From Christensenella sp. UBA1262 (GTDB lineage Bacteria; Bacillota; Clostridia; Christensenellales; CAG-917), in NCBI GenBank assembly GCA_002308215.1, contig DBVO01000023.1:40754-73309 (forward strand): a stretch of DNA of 32,556 nucleotides, given 5' to 3'. This document shows positions 1-10,000 of this stretch, one piece after another. The translations under genes were made by a program, and so were the position numbers. Within the stretch, counting starts at the first letter, position 1. Every line of letters begins with the position of its first letter. The notes below the pieces were generated by a model, which did not search any database, was not told where the DNA came from, and was given only the letters and a program-made list of their open reading frames with translations.

Positions 1-65
1 GATATTTAAACTGCCTGTTATGAAAATTAAAGCAATCTACTAGCATGCATACTTAAGGTGTAAAA

Positions 66-2015
66 TTGGCAAAATCTATTGACAAAAATTTGAGAAAATT
101 ACCATTAGGTGCTATTCGCCCAGAGGGTTGGCTCCAAAGCCAAATGTCTCTTGTATGCTCTTTGCAAAAGAGACTGGGAGCATTGTCAGGTCTTGTCAAA
201 AATGGCGAATGGGAAACCGGAGAATTTTTGCCTCGCTATTTACGCGGATTAGTGCTTTTAGCAGCATGCTTAGATGACAAAAATCTTAAAGATAAAGCGC
301 AGAGTTTATTAACCCCAATTCTTTTCTCTGCAAATGAGGGTGGTGATTTTGGCCCAAAACAAACAAGATCACTTACGCCAAAGATTGAGGCAATCAAAGC
401 TTTATTGACTTACTATGAGTATACTGGTGATGAAAGGATCCTTCCTTTCTTAAAGAAGTATTTCAAAAACCAATTCAACACTTACGCTGTTTCTCCTTGC
501 TGGTTTAATTCTCGTGCCAGATTGTTAGAAGAAATTATGGCAATAGAGGCAGTGTATCGTGAAACAGACCTTGAATGGCTACAAGACCTTGGCGAGAAAT
601 TAAGAGACACGAGCAATGATTGGTTTAAACTTGCTGGTAAGTTCCCATATAAAAAGCCTTATGGCAAATATGTTAGTGCTAGTTCATTAAAACGCACCCT
701 CAAAAAGGTTGCAACGTATGAGCCATATGACCTTCCACCAAGAGCTAAACCATATAGCCATGAGCTTGTAGAAGCAGAATGGCATAAAAAGGCGCATCAA
801 GTAGCAATAGAAACTGATAGTGTAAATCTTGCCAAAGCAGTAAAGTACCCAGCAGTATATGGTAGATTTGTAGGCGATGATGAATTAAAGAACCTTTCGG
901 TTAAAATGGTTGCATCGCTCATGCGCTATCATGGCACGCCTATGGGCATGTTTGCGTGTGCGCCTAGATTAGGGTTATCTTCATCTACAGCTGGCATTGA
1001 TGTGCTTGCATCGGTAGAAATGATTGAATCACTTGTTGAAGTTGTTAAAGAAACAGGTGATTATGGACTCATGGATATTATTGAACGCATAGTGTTCAAT
1101 GTTATACCGGCAGCATGTTTTGATGATTGTTCTGCGGTTCAAGATTTAGTGCTTGTAAATCAAGTGGAAGCATCTAATCAAAGAAAACTTCCTGGAGCAG
1201 AAGAGGACAATGCATATTATACAAAGCGCATGACCCGTGGGGCAGTGGCATTGTTGTCCGCATATCCGTTATATTTGCAAACTGCGTGCATGATTAAGAA
1301 TGAAGAAATAAACTTCTTGACTTATGCTCCATGCAAAATGGATATTTTAGTCGCGGGATGTAGAATGACTATATCGGAGCGCACTGGCTATCCATTTAGA
1401 AACACAGTAGCATTTAAAGTTGAGCATGTAGATGGAGAACCGGAAGTTAGAATTAACTTCCGTGCACCAAGAAATACTACAATTCGCCTCATTTCTGGCG
1501 GCCAAGTGGTTGCTAGTGGTACAAAACAGATATCAGTTAAATGTGTGCTAAAAACAGGCAGCACATTTATGATCAAATTAGATATCCCGCTTGTAGCAGA
1601 AGAAACCAACAAGGGATTTGAAAGCTTATATAAAGGCAACCTTCTTATGAGCGAAAAAGTGCCAGCTGATATTAAAGTTACGGCAGAAGATAGACGAGTA
1701 TTCTATATCAACTTTACAAAGCGTTGGTCTATTGCCCCTATTCTTTCTAGAAAGAATAACGGTGGAGTAAGAACGCTTTTTGAGCCGGAAAGAACGGTAG
1801 TACATGAAATAGGAGAACGGCCATTTTCATTTGATAATCCGCCGTTTGAATTGCTTATTAGATCAAAGAATGTTGCAAACTGGGAATTTGATGTTAATGG
1901 TTTTGCAGAAGCTCCAAAAAAACCAAGCTATTCGGAAGAGAGTTTGGAGAGAACCTATATCCCTTGCGGATGTACGCTGCTAAGAATTTCTGAATTCCCA
2001 AAATTCTTAAAATAG
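66..2015 (+). CDS. Cytoplasmic protein of uncertain function, possibly (alpha/alpha)6-barrel glycoside-hydrolase-like (GH127/DUF1680-like)
   Basis: 649-codon ORF ending TAG 2013-2015. TTG at 66 is the first possible start after the in-frame TAA at 54-56 and lies 5 nt after AAGGTG (55-60). No signal peptide or TM segment. The N-terminal LPLGAIRPEGWLQSQ resembles, from memory only, N-termini of DUF1680/GH127-type proteins. The CDS call is strong; the functional call is weak. Confidence 0.6.
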   Translation: MAKSIDKNLRKLPLGAIRPEGWLQSQMSLVCSLQKRLGALSGLVKNGEWETGEFLPRYLRGLVLLAACLDDKNLKDKAQSLLTPILFSANEGGDFGPKQTRSLTPKIEAIKALLTYYEYTGDERILPFLKKYFKNQFNTYAVSPCWFNSRARLLEEIMAIEAVYRETDLEWLQDLGEKLRDTSNDWFKLAGKFPYKKPYGKYVSASSLKRTLKKVATYEPYDLPPRAKPYSHELVEAEWHKKAHQVAIETDSVNLAKAVKYPAVYGRFVGDDELKNLSVKMVASLMRYHGTPMGMFACAPRLGLSSSTAGIDVLASVEMIESLVEVVKETGDYGLMDIIERIVFNVIPAACFDDCSAVQDLVLVNQVEASNQRKLPGAEEDNAYYTKRMTRGAVALLSAYPLYLQTACMIKNEEINFLTYAPCKMDILVAGCRMTISERTGYPFRNTVAFKVEHVDGEPEVRINFRAPRNTTIRLISGGQVVASGTKQISVKCVLKTGSTFMIKLDIPLVAEETNKGFESLYKGNLLMSEKVPADIKVTAEDRRVFYINFTKRWSIAPILSRKNNGGVRTLFEPERTVVHEIGERPFSFDNPPFELLIRSKNVANWEFDVNGFAEAPKKPSYSEESLERTYIPCGCTLLRISEFPKFLK

Positions 2016-2026
2016 AGGAAAATGCT

Positions 2027-2596
2027 ATGAAAACTCTTGAAAGAAAATATTCTAAATCCGAAAGAATTGTCGCAAAAGCCAAGTTTTCAGCTTGGGTATT
2101 TTTGAGGCAGGTTATTATCGCGCTTATCCTAGGCGGAATTATTGCTGTGCTTTGGATTTTTGGTGCCAAAATCATAGGTTTTATCAATGACAAGCTCAAT
2201 CAGCATATCGCTCTTGCAACGTATATCAAGGGTCTAAAATGGGCCATTCTTGGTTCGGCAGGATTTGTTCTATTCCTAGTAGTAATTCAAGCAATTTCTT
2301 TGTATAGCAAAGAACTCATTGTTACAGAGGACAAAGTAGTTTTGCGTTATGGAGTTTTTGATGTTCAAAATGCGATTATTCCATTGAGCGAAATAAGAAT
2401 AGTCGAGAGCAAACATCGTTTATTCCAAAGAATTGGGCATACTGGGGATATAAGCATAATATCAGATGCAGAAAAGCCATACATGCTAAAAGGTGTTGTT
2501 GCTGCGGATAGACTTGCAAGAAGAATCATGAAACAAGTCAACTACAACAAGAAGAATGCAGAGAGAAAAATGCGCATAGTTTTAGCGGCACAATAA
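2027..2596 (+). CDS. Membrane protein with bacterial PH domain (bPH_2, YdbS/YdbT-like)
   Basis: 189-codon ORF. ATG 2027 is preceded by GAGGA (2015-2019). Two hydrophobic helices (VIIALILGGIIAVLWIFGA and AILGSAGFVLFLVVIQAISL) are followed by LIVTEDKVVLRYGVF...IPLSEIRIVESKHRLFQRIGHTGDISI, the usual layout of membrane-tethered bacterial PH domains. The 11-nt gap to the upstream gene suggests an operon. Confidence 0.75.
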   Translation: MKTLERKYSKSERIVAKAKFSAWVFLRQVIIALILGGIIAVLWIFGAKIIGFINDKLNQHIALATYIKGLKWAILGSAGFVLFLVVIQAISLYSKELIVTEDKVVLRYGVFDVQNAIIPLSEIRIVESKHRLFQRIGHTGDISIISDAEKPYMLKGVVAADRLARRIMKQVNYNKKNAERKMRIVLAAQ

Positions 2597-2612
2597 TTAG
2601 AAAATTGACAAT

Positions 2613-2646
2613 AAAAAAAGCACGCTCTGCGTGCTTTTTATTTTTT
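2613..2646. terminator. Bidirectional intrinsic terminator shared by convergent genes
   Basis: AAAAAAA-GCACGC-TCT-GCGTGC-TTTTTATTTTTT. The 6-bp GC stem (2620-2625 / 2629-2634) is extendable by A:T pairs. It is flanked by an A-run on one side and a T-run on the other, so it reads as stem plus U-tract on both strands. It sits between the stop of the + gene (2596) and the stop of the - gene (2651). Confidence 0.85.
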
Positions 2647-2650
2647 ACAA

Positions 2651-3625
2651 TCAAATTCCCCAACTTCCAGTTATTCCGAAAGTCACTAACTCTAAAATAC
2701 CAGCTAAAATAAGGATATGACCCAAATAGAAATACAAAGCATATCTTCCTACAAAACTAAATGGGATATGCCATTTCCCGTCTAATTTAGGGAGCAATGA
2801 CCTGCGTTCTTTATAAAGAAGAGGCCCAAGTATAACACCTGCAAAAAAGAATGCAGTATATGGTATTAAAGTGAATAAATCTCCAGGAGATATCTCACCT
2901 TGAGAATAGAATTCAGTGTAATTACCGTGAATGTCTTTAGGTGGGAAAACTATTCCAAATACTTTAGGGGTGTTGGCAGGTGGAGTGTAGAAGAAGTATA
3001 AACACACCGTGACTATTATTATAGCGAGACTAATGCCTGCAATAATCCACTTTTGGTACTTAGTTTTTTTAGTTGCAAGTGCAAGTATTGCATACAAAAG
3101 TATGCAAAATGCAAGAAAATGAAGAACACCAAATGATACAAATACACTTCCTGCGTGTAACACTTCTGTGTCTTCAAATATAAGTGTTTGTGCCGCATAT
3201 GTTGCGAGAGAATAGATAAGTGCAACTGCGGCAAGTAGTGCGCCACGCTTAAGATTTGATCTTGAGAAAGTACAAGATATTCCAGATATTGAGAAGAAAA
3301 TAAACAATACGATTGGATGTATAATTCGCCTTGCTAAACTTTCAAAAAACCAAAAATAGCAAAATCTTGAAAACGCATCCCACAATTCAAAGTCATAGCC
3401 ATACCAATTAGGCGCAAAGAAGCCACCTATTAGCATTGCGAGATGGTCTAGAACCATAAGATAAACACAAAATCCGCGCAAGAAATCTACTTCCCAAATG
3501 CGCGGTTTTTTAAGTTTTTGTGGGGCTGAAACTTCCTCAAAATCATCCGTATTTTGAGGTTCTAATTGGGTATTTTCGGTGTCTGTTTCAGGCTCATTTA
3601 TGGTTATTTGTTCATCTTGTTCCAT
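2651..3625 (-). CDS. Polytopic membrane protein, DUF1624 / heparan-alpha-glucosaminide N-acetyltransferase (HGSNAT)-like acyltransferase family
   Basis: 324-codon ORF with TGA stop (2651-2653). An acidic ~40-aa N-terminal tail is followed by RIWEVDFLRGFCVYLMVLDHL, the characteristic first-helix motif of DUF1624 proteins as I remember it. About 8-9 further hydrophobic helices follow. Confidence 0.75.
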   Translation of the reverse strand: MEQDEQITINEPETDTENTQLEPQNTDDFEEVSAPQKLKKPRIWEVDFLRGFCVYLMVLDHLAMLIGGFFAPNWYGYDFELWDAFSRFCYFWFFESLARRIIHPIVLFIFFSISGISCTFSRSNLKRGALLAAVALIYSLATYAAQTLIFEDTEVLHAGSVFVSFGVLHFLAFCILLYAILALATKKTKYQKWIIAGISLAIIIVTVCLYFFYTPPANTPKVFGIVFPPKDIHGNYTEFYSQGEISPGDLFTLIPYTAFFFAGVILGPLLYKERRSLLPKLDGKWHIPFSFVGRYALYFYLGHILILAGILELVTFGITGSWGI

Positions 3626-3631
3626 GGCTAA

Positions 3632-3660
3632 ATGTTAGCATGTTAAACGTTGTATGTCAA
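3632..3660 (-). promoter_or_regulatory. Sigma-A-type promoter positioned to give a leaderless mRNA for the DUF1624 gene
   Basis: Minus strand reads TTGACA (3660-3655) - 17 nt - TGc TAACAT (TG 3640-3639, -10 3637-3632) - TTAGCC - ATG (3625). The A of the ATG is the 7th nt after the -10 hexamer. No Shine-Dalgarno sequence is present. Confidence 0.5.
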
Positions 3661-3761
3661 ACGCAAAATCATTGCTTTTTGTTGACTTGTATAAAACATT
3701 AAAAATTCTAAAAAAATTTTAAAATAAGCAAAGCTTATAAACCTCTCAAAATCGCCATTTT

Positions 3762-3777
3762 CCACAATAGATTGTGG
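3762..3777. promoter_or_regulatory. 16-bp palindrome CCACAAT-AG-ATTGTGG in the divergent control region (candidate operator)
   Basis: Perfect 7-bp arms with a 2-nt spacer, 57 nt upstream of the -35 of the giant-gene promoter. Statistical support is modest: palindromes of this size are expected several times per 30 kb, but only about 0.1 times in a 300-bp intergenic region. Confidence 0.3.
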
Positions 3778-3833
3778 CAAAAACAACACATGTACGCTAT
3801 ACGTTGTGTATGCGCGATTGCGAAAGTTAAGTA

Positions 3834-3861
3834 TTGACTTTTTGCATTAGAGTGCTATAAT
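3834..3861 (+). promoter_or_regulatory. Near-consensus sigma-A promoter of the giant gene
   Basis: TTGACT (3834-3839) - 16 nt spacer - TGc (3853-3855) TATAAT (3856-3861), i.e. an extended -10. Predicted TSS is near 3866-3868, giving a ~55-nt leader ending in GGAGG (3913-3917) 5 nt before ATG 3923. Confidence 0.75.
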
Positions 3862-3922
3862 TATTATGTGTAATAATCTGCACATACGCGCATAATACGT
3901 GTGTATATGCTTGGAGGAGATT

Positions 3923-4000
3923 ATGAAAAAGCAAAAATTATTGCCAATTATCTTGCTGCTAGTACTGGTAGTCATTGCAGTCATCAGTCTTGCAGCATGT
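3923..4000 (+). other. Lipoprotein signal peptide with lipobox L-A-A-C (Cys26)
   Basis: MKKQKLLPIILLLVLVVIAVISLAAC has a Lys-rich n-region and a 17-residue hydrophobic core. L(-3) A(-2) A(-1) C(+1), with TGT at 3998-4000. It is followed by a Ser/Pro/Asp-rich linker (NPSSRQSSGGRQVIDKPDTPVNPTDDDD). Confidence 0.85.
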
Positions 4001-7000
4001 AACCCGTCCTCTCGTCAGAGCAGTGGCGGGCGTCAAGTTATTGACAAGCCTGATACGCCTGTCAATCCTACTGACGATGATGATATTGCGAACGAGAATT
4101 ATATTGGTTCGCAAGAAGCGTGGAGATTGTTGAAGGATTCAGCACTTGCTGCTTCAGCACAAGGTAAAGATGCTAGATACCTCAACTTCGACACATCGGT
4201 CAATTTTGGTTTTGCCAAAGACGTGTATAATGCTCAATACGTTCTTCGTATAGCAGGCAGCATTGACACGCAATATGACAGAACACAAGGTGACTCATCT
4301 AAGCTTCTCATTGAACTCAACCGTACGACAACAAACGTGTTGCCTGATGGAACGGTTGAAATAGTAGCAGATTCAACGGGTCCAGTTCTCAGCCTCTACT
4401 ATGTAAATGAGCAGATAGTCATTGACCTTGGTGGTTTGTCAAAAGGCGCGCACGCGGTTAAGACAAGTGACATTGACCTTACAGACCTCATCGCAAAACT
4501 TGATGGCATCATTGAGAGAATAGGTATCTCAGATCTTCTTTGGGATAAGATCTTTGGTTTGAACATTGGTACAGTGCTCAAAGAGCTTGCCCATATGGAT
4601 TTGGTCAACGTGACACTTGAAGACCTCATCGTCAACTTCTTGTTTGGTGCAAACAAGAGTCGTCTTGTTGATTTGGGCGAAGGACGTCAACAACTTCAAA
4701 TTCCTTGTGATCTTTCATTGATTGCAAGTTTGTTGCCACTTGTTCAAGGCCTCATTCCAGAAGATATATTTGATCTTATTGACAGAGTTCTCGGAATTGA
4801 TCTGAGAAAGATTAGTGCACTCAGCGGTATGGCACTCTACCTCCAAGCAGAAATTACCGATGATAAGCTCACAGGCTTAAGTGCAGATATTGATGTAAAC
4901 CTTAACTCCTTCGGCAGAGATGAAGTCATTAAGAGATATGGCTTATTCCAAAATGACATTGGCATCAACCTCGGTTATACTAGCGCATCATTTAGCAGTG
5001 CTCCAGACATCGATGTTGAAGCAGTCATTAATAATAAGTATTCAGAAGGCCTTGCAAATATTGAGGAATACTCCATCCTCACTCTTGATGCAAGGGTAGA
5101 TATTAACATTAACGCAATTACAAAGACAGTCACGATCGATAATATCGTTGGCTCTTTTGGCAATTTAATTACAAATCTTCTTACAAAGTATTTGGGCGAA
5201 GATATGTACAACAGTCTCCTCCCACTTTTCGCAAAAGAAATAGACTTTAATAGAGGCACATTCAGCTTGTCATTTGTATTGCAGGGCTCTATTAACACGC
5301 GCGATAATGCTAAGACAGAAATCATAGCAGAACTACGTTCTGAAGATGGTTCTACAGCTCTTGGCATCTACTACATTGGCTCCAAGAAAGCTGTTTATAT
5401 TGACGCAAGCCATCTTCTAACAGGTGTTAAAGAAGAAGATTCTTTGGGCAATATCAGCTTTGCTGGTGCAAAATTGAAGATTGAAAACATAGACCTCAAT
5501 GCAATTATTGATAGTTTGTTTGATAAATTAGGAAACACAATTATTGATGCAATCAATAACATTTCTATTTTCCAAAATACAAAGAACGAATTAGAGGGTG
5601 CTATTGCAAATAATACAATCATTATCCCACACAATGCTATTTCATCTGCGGATGATGAACAAAAGGTTGATACAATGGCTCTCATTAATATGATTCTTGA
5701 TTGTATTGATATTGAAATGGATGGCAATATCTTTAATATTACTGATATTAAGGTTGCTCTTACGAAAGATGTTATTGATGCAATTCTCGGGCTTGTCCTT
5801 ACAGGGGATAACGCAGGAATTAAGATACCAATTACAAATATTGATCTTGTTTTCGCAAACCAAGGCGTTACTAAGGTAAAAACATTTGGATTCGATCTTG
5901 GTCTTGGCGTTACAGAACCACTCGTTTCTCTTGACCTTACAGGTCAAATCCAATTTGGTAGTATTATAGACAAGGAAACCTTCTCTAGAAAGATTGGCGA
6001 TGTCATCTATGATGACGCAAGCTATATCGGTATTATGGAAGATGGTACACTTGATATATCCAAGTTCAATATCTCACTTAGCACAGGTTTAACACTTGAT
6101 TTGCAAACACTTGAAGGAAAGATTGGCGAAATTGACATTGATCTTGGACATCTTGGCATTGCAGATGACTTCCTCGCAGGCATGTATGCAAACATTTTGC
6201 TTACACTCGGAAACATCCAAGGCGGTCTTGTGGTTAACCTTGATGCAAGTATTGATTTGTCAACTGGTCTCACTCTTGACACTCTCCTTAATTCTCAAAT
6301 TAGACTCACAATCAATAAAGCAACAAATGGCGAACAAGTAGTTTATATTTGTTTGTCTGATGGTTATATCTACATTGACTTGTCAGTCTTGATGCTTGGC
6401 GTACAAAAGGTTAAGGTCAAAGTGTCAGACATCATGAATCTCGTCGGACAATTTACAGGCGAGAGTTCATCTGATGCTCTTGCGGCTGATGATGAGGGCG
6501 GACTCCTTGGTGGCATTGATCTTGGTAATATTGATATTATCGGACTTATCGCAACTTCTCTTGGTAAGATTAAAGTTACAGATGGATTTATCGAAATTGG
6601 TCTCGCAGCAGGTCTTATTGATAAACTTTTGTCAATGATCGGCCTTACTGGTATTGATATTAAATTTGAAAAAGCAGAAGCTGATGGTGGTATTCGTCTT
6701 GCTGTACCAGACAGCCTTGATCTTGATGATTTGCAACTCGAGATTTGGCTTGCTGTAGGTAGCAACATGGACTTCACAGTTTCTCTTGATGGTTTCAAGG
6801 TTGGTCTTGTAGATGTTCCACTTGGCCCAGCAAATCCAGATGAATTTACAGATGTTTTAGATGCTCCATATGTCTCTCTTGATCTAGGTCTTGGTTTTGA
6901 CTTCTATGGTGATGAAGGAACATCAATCTTTGAACTTGGCGATGATAACAATGTCGCACTTGTTCCATTTACATTCAATGACCCAATGACTTTCAACTAT

Positions 7001-10000
7001 AAGTTGAGGGTAGCAGGCGATCTTGACTTAACACCAGTTCTTGACTATTTGTTTGGTGCAACATCAATTAACACAAACGATAACACCAGTGAACTTCTTA
7101 TTGAAATCTCTGGTTCTAAGTTTGGCGGCAACGAAAAAGTGTTGCTCGGCTTGTACTATACTGGTGGTACACTTTATATTGATGCAGAGAACTTTGGTAT
7201 AACCAAAGTTTCAACTGATATTGACTTGTATGAACTCATTCTTAATTTGTTGATGAAAGACGTCAACATAAAAATTAACGATGTTGGGCATACGGTTGCA
7301 GAAGCACTTGCAGCAGGCGACGAAGAAGATCAAGCGGCTGCAAGACGTGAAATCTTCTTTGAAGTGCTTACATTTATCCAATCAGATTATGCAAAGGTTG
7401 AAGTAACAAGGGGTATTACAGAGGCAATCTTTGAAATCTTTGGTATTGATACAAATAACGCAATTGCATATCTCAACTTTGCATGGGATAAATTTGAAGA
7501 ACATAATCATAGAAGCTTTGAATTTACAGGTGCAATTTATAATGAAAATGCACAATATGTTGGCGCTGCAACAATTTATGCAGATGATGATTTAAGCGTC
7601 AAGATTGTTAACGCACTTGAAGGTCTCTATATTAAACATAATGTATATGACAGAGATGACAATCTTGTTGTTGATGATAATGGTTTGCCAAAGGTATTTG
7701 CACTTTCAGAATATGTTCTAGCAAGCAATGTACATGGTGGATTTGATGAAATTGATTTGTTCAATTCCAGCAAAGATATTGTACTCCCAAGTATTTTCGT
7801 AGAGTTGAAGGGTACAATTTCACTTGGCGCAGCTGCAGGTAACGACGAATGGACTATAGGCGAATGGATTGCAAACTTCTTGGATGCAGAAGATAATCCT
7901 GCACTTTATACCTTCATCGGCGATTTGTTGCTCCAATACAATATTCCTTCAGATGTTGCTAGAGATTTTGGATTCCGTATCGCATTAAAGGCAAGACTTA
8001 ATCCAGAAGTTCCTATTAACCTTACAGCAAACATTAAATATGTAGAATTAACTCAAGATAACCCTTCATATACTGAAGTTTATAAACTCGTTAGAAACGA
8101 GTTCAAACTCTTGTCTGATGAAGAAAGAGCATCATTTGATGGCAAGATGTATGTTAAAGAATACTTGCCAGAGGGCATTCCTCTTGAGGAACTCAAGAGT
8201 CTCGAAGGTCTTGAAGGTGATGTAAAGGTTTATGTTAAAGTTGGCGATAATTTCAGAAAAGTTGATCCAACAAGAGTAGCAGATGGAACAAAGATGTATG
8301 TTGCAAAGAATTTGTTTGATTTAACATATATCCTTTCACACTCCGATCTCGCTATTGAAATTTACAATAAGCATATTGATTTAGTCGATGCTATGACTTC
8401 TCAAACTGAAAAGAATGCTGCAACAATCCTCGCATTGCGTCTTGTCGCTAGCGAGAATGGTTTGAGCACGCTTTATCTTGACTTCAGAGATGATTTCCAT
8501 ATGGCAATCGACAATTTGAATCTCGGAGAACTTTTGGGCAGTTTGCTTTCACTCGTTGGAAACGATGAAAAGAAAGATAATAATGCTACATCATCAGCAC
8601 TCCTTGATAACTTTGATACATCAGATTTGCTCGGAACAATTAAGGGCATTTTAGCAGGTGTTATTTATAGCATTAACGCAGACAAACAAGGCTTCAAGAT
8701 TAACTTCGCTGAGGGTCTTGTGACAATGCTTGTTAATATGCTTGCAGGAAAACAAATCCCAGCAGATCAATTTATTAAACTTAACACAGAAACAAGCTTC
8801 TTTGAGTTCTATTGGAAGTATGCACTTAATTTGAGTCTTGGGATTGATCCTCTCAAATTTGCAATTGGCTTGTCTCAATTGAAGCTTGAACTTGGCGGAA
8901 GCGCAAGCATATTACCAGATGATTTCAACAAGTCTAATTACATGACAATTGACCAATTAGACGAATTCTCCGTCAATATGGCACTTAATGTAGACTTGGT
9001 AGTAAAGAAACAACCAGAACAAATTCGCATTGAAAAGTATCTGGATGTTCTTATTGCAGATCTTGGATTGAAACTTGGTATTGATTTCCCTAAAGACCAT
9101 GACATTACTTATGGTATTGGTTTGACGCTCGGCGCAAATCTTGCCCTTAACAATGCAGAGAACACTAAGATTGTTCTTGAACTTTTGAACACAGTTGAAG
9201 ATGAGATTATAGCAGGCTTCTATATCAAAGGTTCTGAATTGTATATTGATATGGGCAAATTGTCTAAACAAGCAATTTATGTAAACAACACAGATCTTGC
9301 TGATCGTATCTGCGCATTTATTGTCGAACTTATGGGTAGAATAGGTGAGGATGCAGATGCTGTAACATCTGCTGATACAGATCCAGCGCAAGAACTTGAA
9401 ATCATGCTTAACATTGCAAATGGTAAGCTCGGATTGCTTGTTACTGAAAATGTTATCCTTGGTCTCATTGCAGCTCTTGCTGGTAATGATGAGATTGCAA
9501 ATGGTAAATCTATCACAGAAATCATTTCAGAATTTGGTCTTGATCTTTCTCTTAGCGCAGATATGGGCCTTGACCCAGTTGAGATTAACGTTGATCTTGA
9601 CAGTAGTTTGATTGAGCTTGGCATCAGAGTAGAAGATGTAGGTATTGCAACAGGTTCACACAACGCAACAAGTGATACAATTGCTGCAAAACTTGAAGCT
9701 GCAATTACTCGTCAAGACTATGTCTTGCTTACAGATGAAGAGAAGGCTGCTATTGGGGCTGATGCAACCAAGAGATATAACTATGATAGCGGTACAAATA
9801 GTTATGTAAACGATCCATATGGTGATTATCAACTAAAGGATCATTTCAAACAACAAGCAGATACTCACGTTATTACACTTGATCTTGGCATCATTGTTGA
9901 CTATAGCGCATGTGCAACATATGCTCTTGTTGATGAAACAACACTTGCAAATTACCCACTTAACGAAAGATATTCTAAGAATGTACATGATGGCAGATTT

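Noticed and set aside
1388-3702. Small overlapping ORFs 1388..1639 -, 1894..2199 -, 3019..3246 -, 3520..3702 +
   Set aside because: They run antisense to, or out of frame with, well-supported longer CDSs, and have no start context or motifs.
3710-3724. A7-T4-A4 homopolymer runs upstream of the giant gene, considered as a phase-variation switch
   Set aside because: The tracts are short and lie more than 100 bp upstream of the -35, not in the promoter spacer or the 5' coding region. I noticed no long simple-sequence repeat near the start of the ORF.
3899-3922. ORF-track start of the giant ORF at 3899 (MCICLEEI...)
   Set aside because: There is no SD in front of it, and it would overlap the GGAGG site (3913-3917) that serves ATG 3923. 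ATG 3923 starts a canonical lipoprotein signal peptide.
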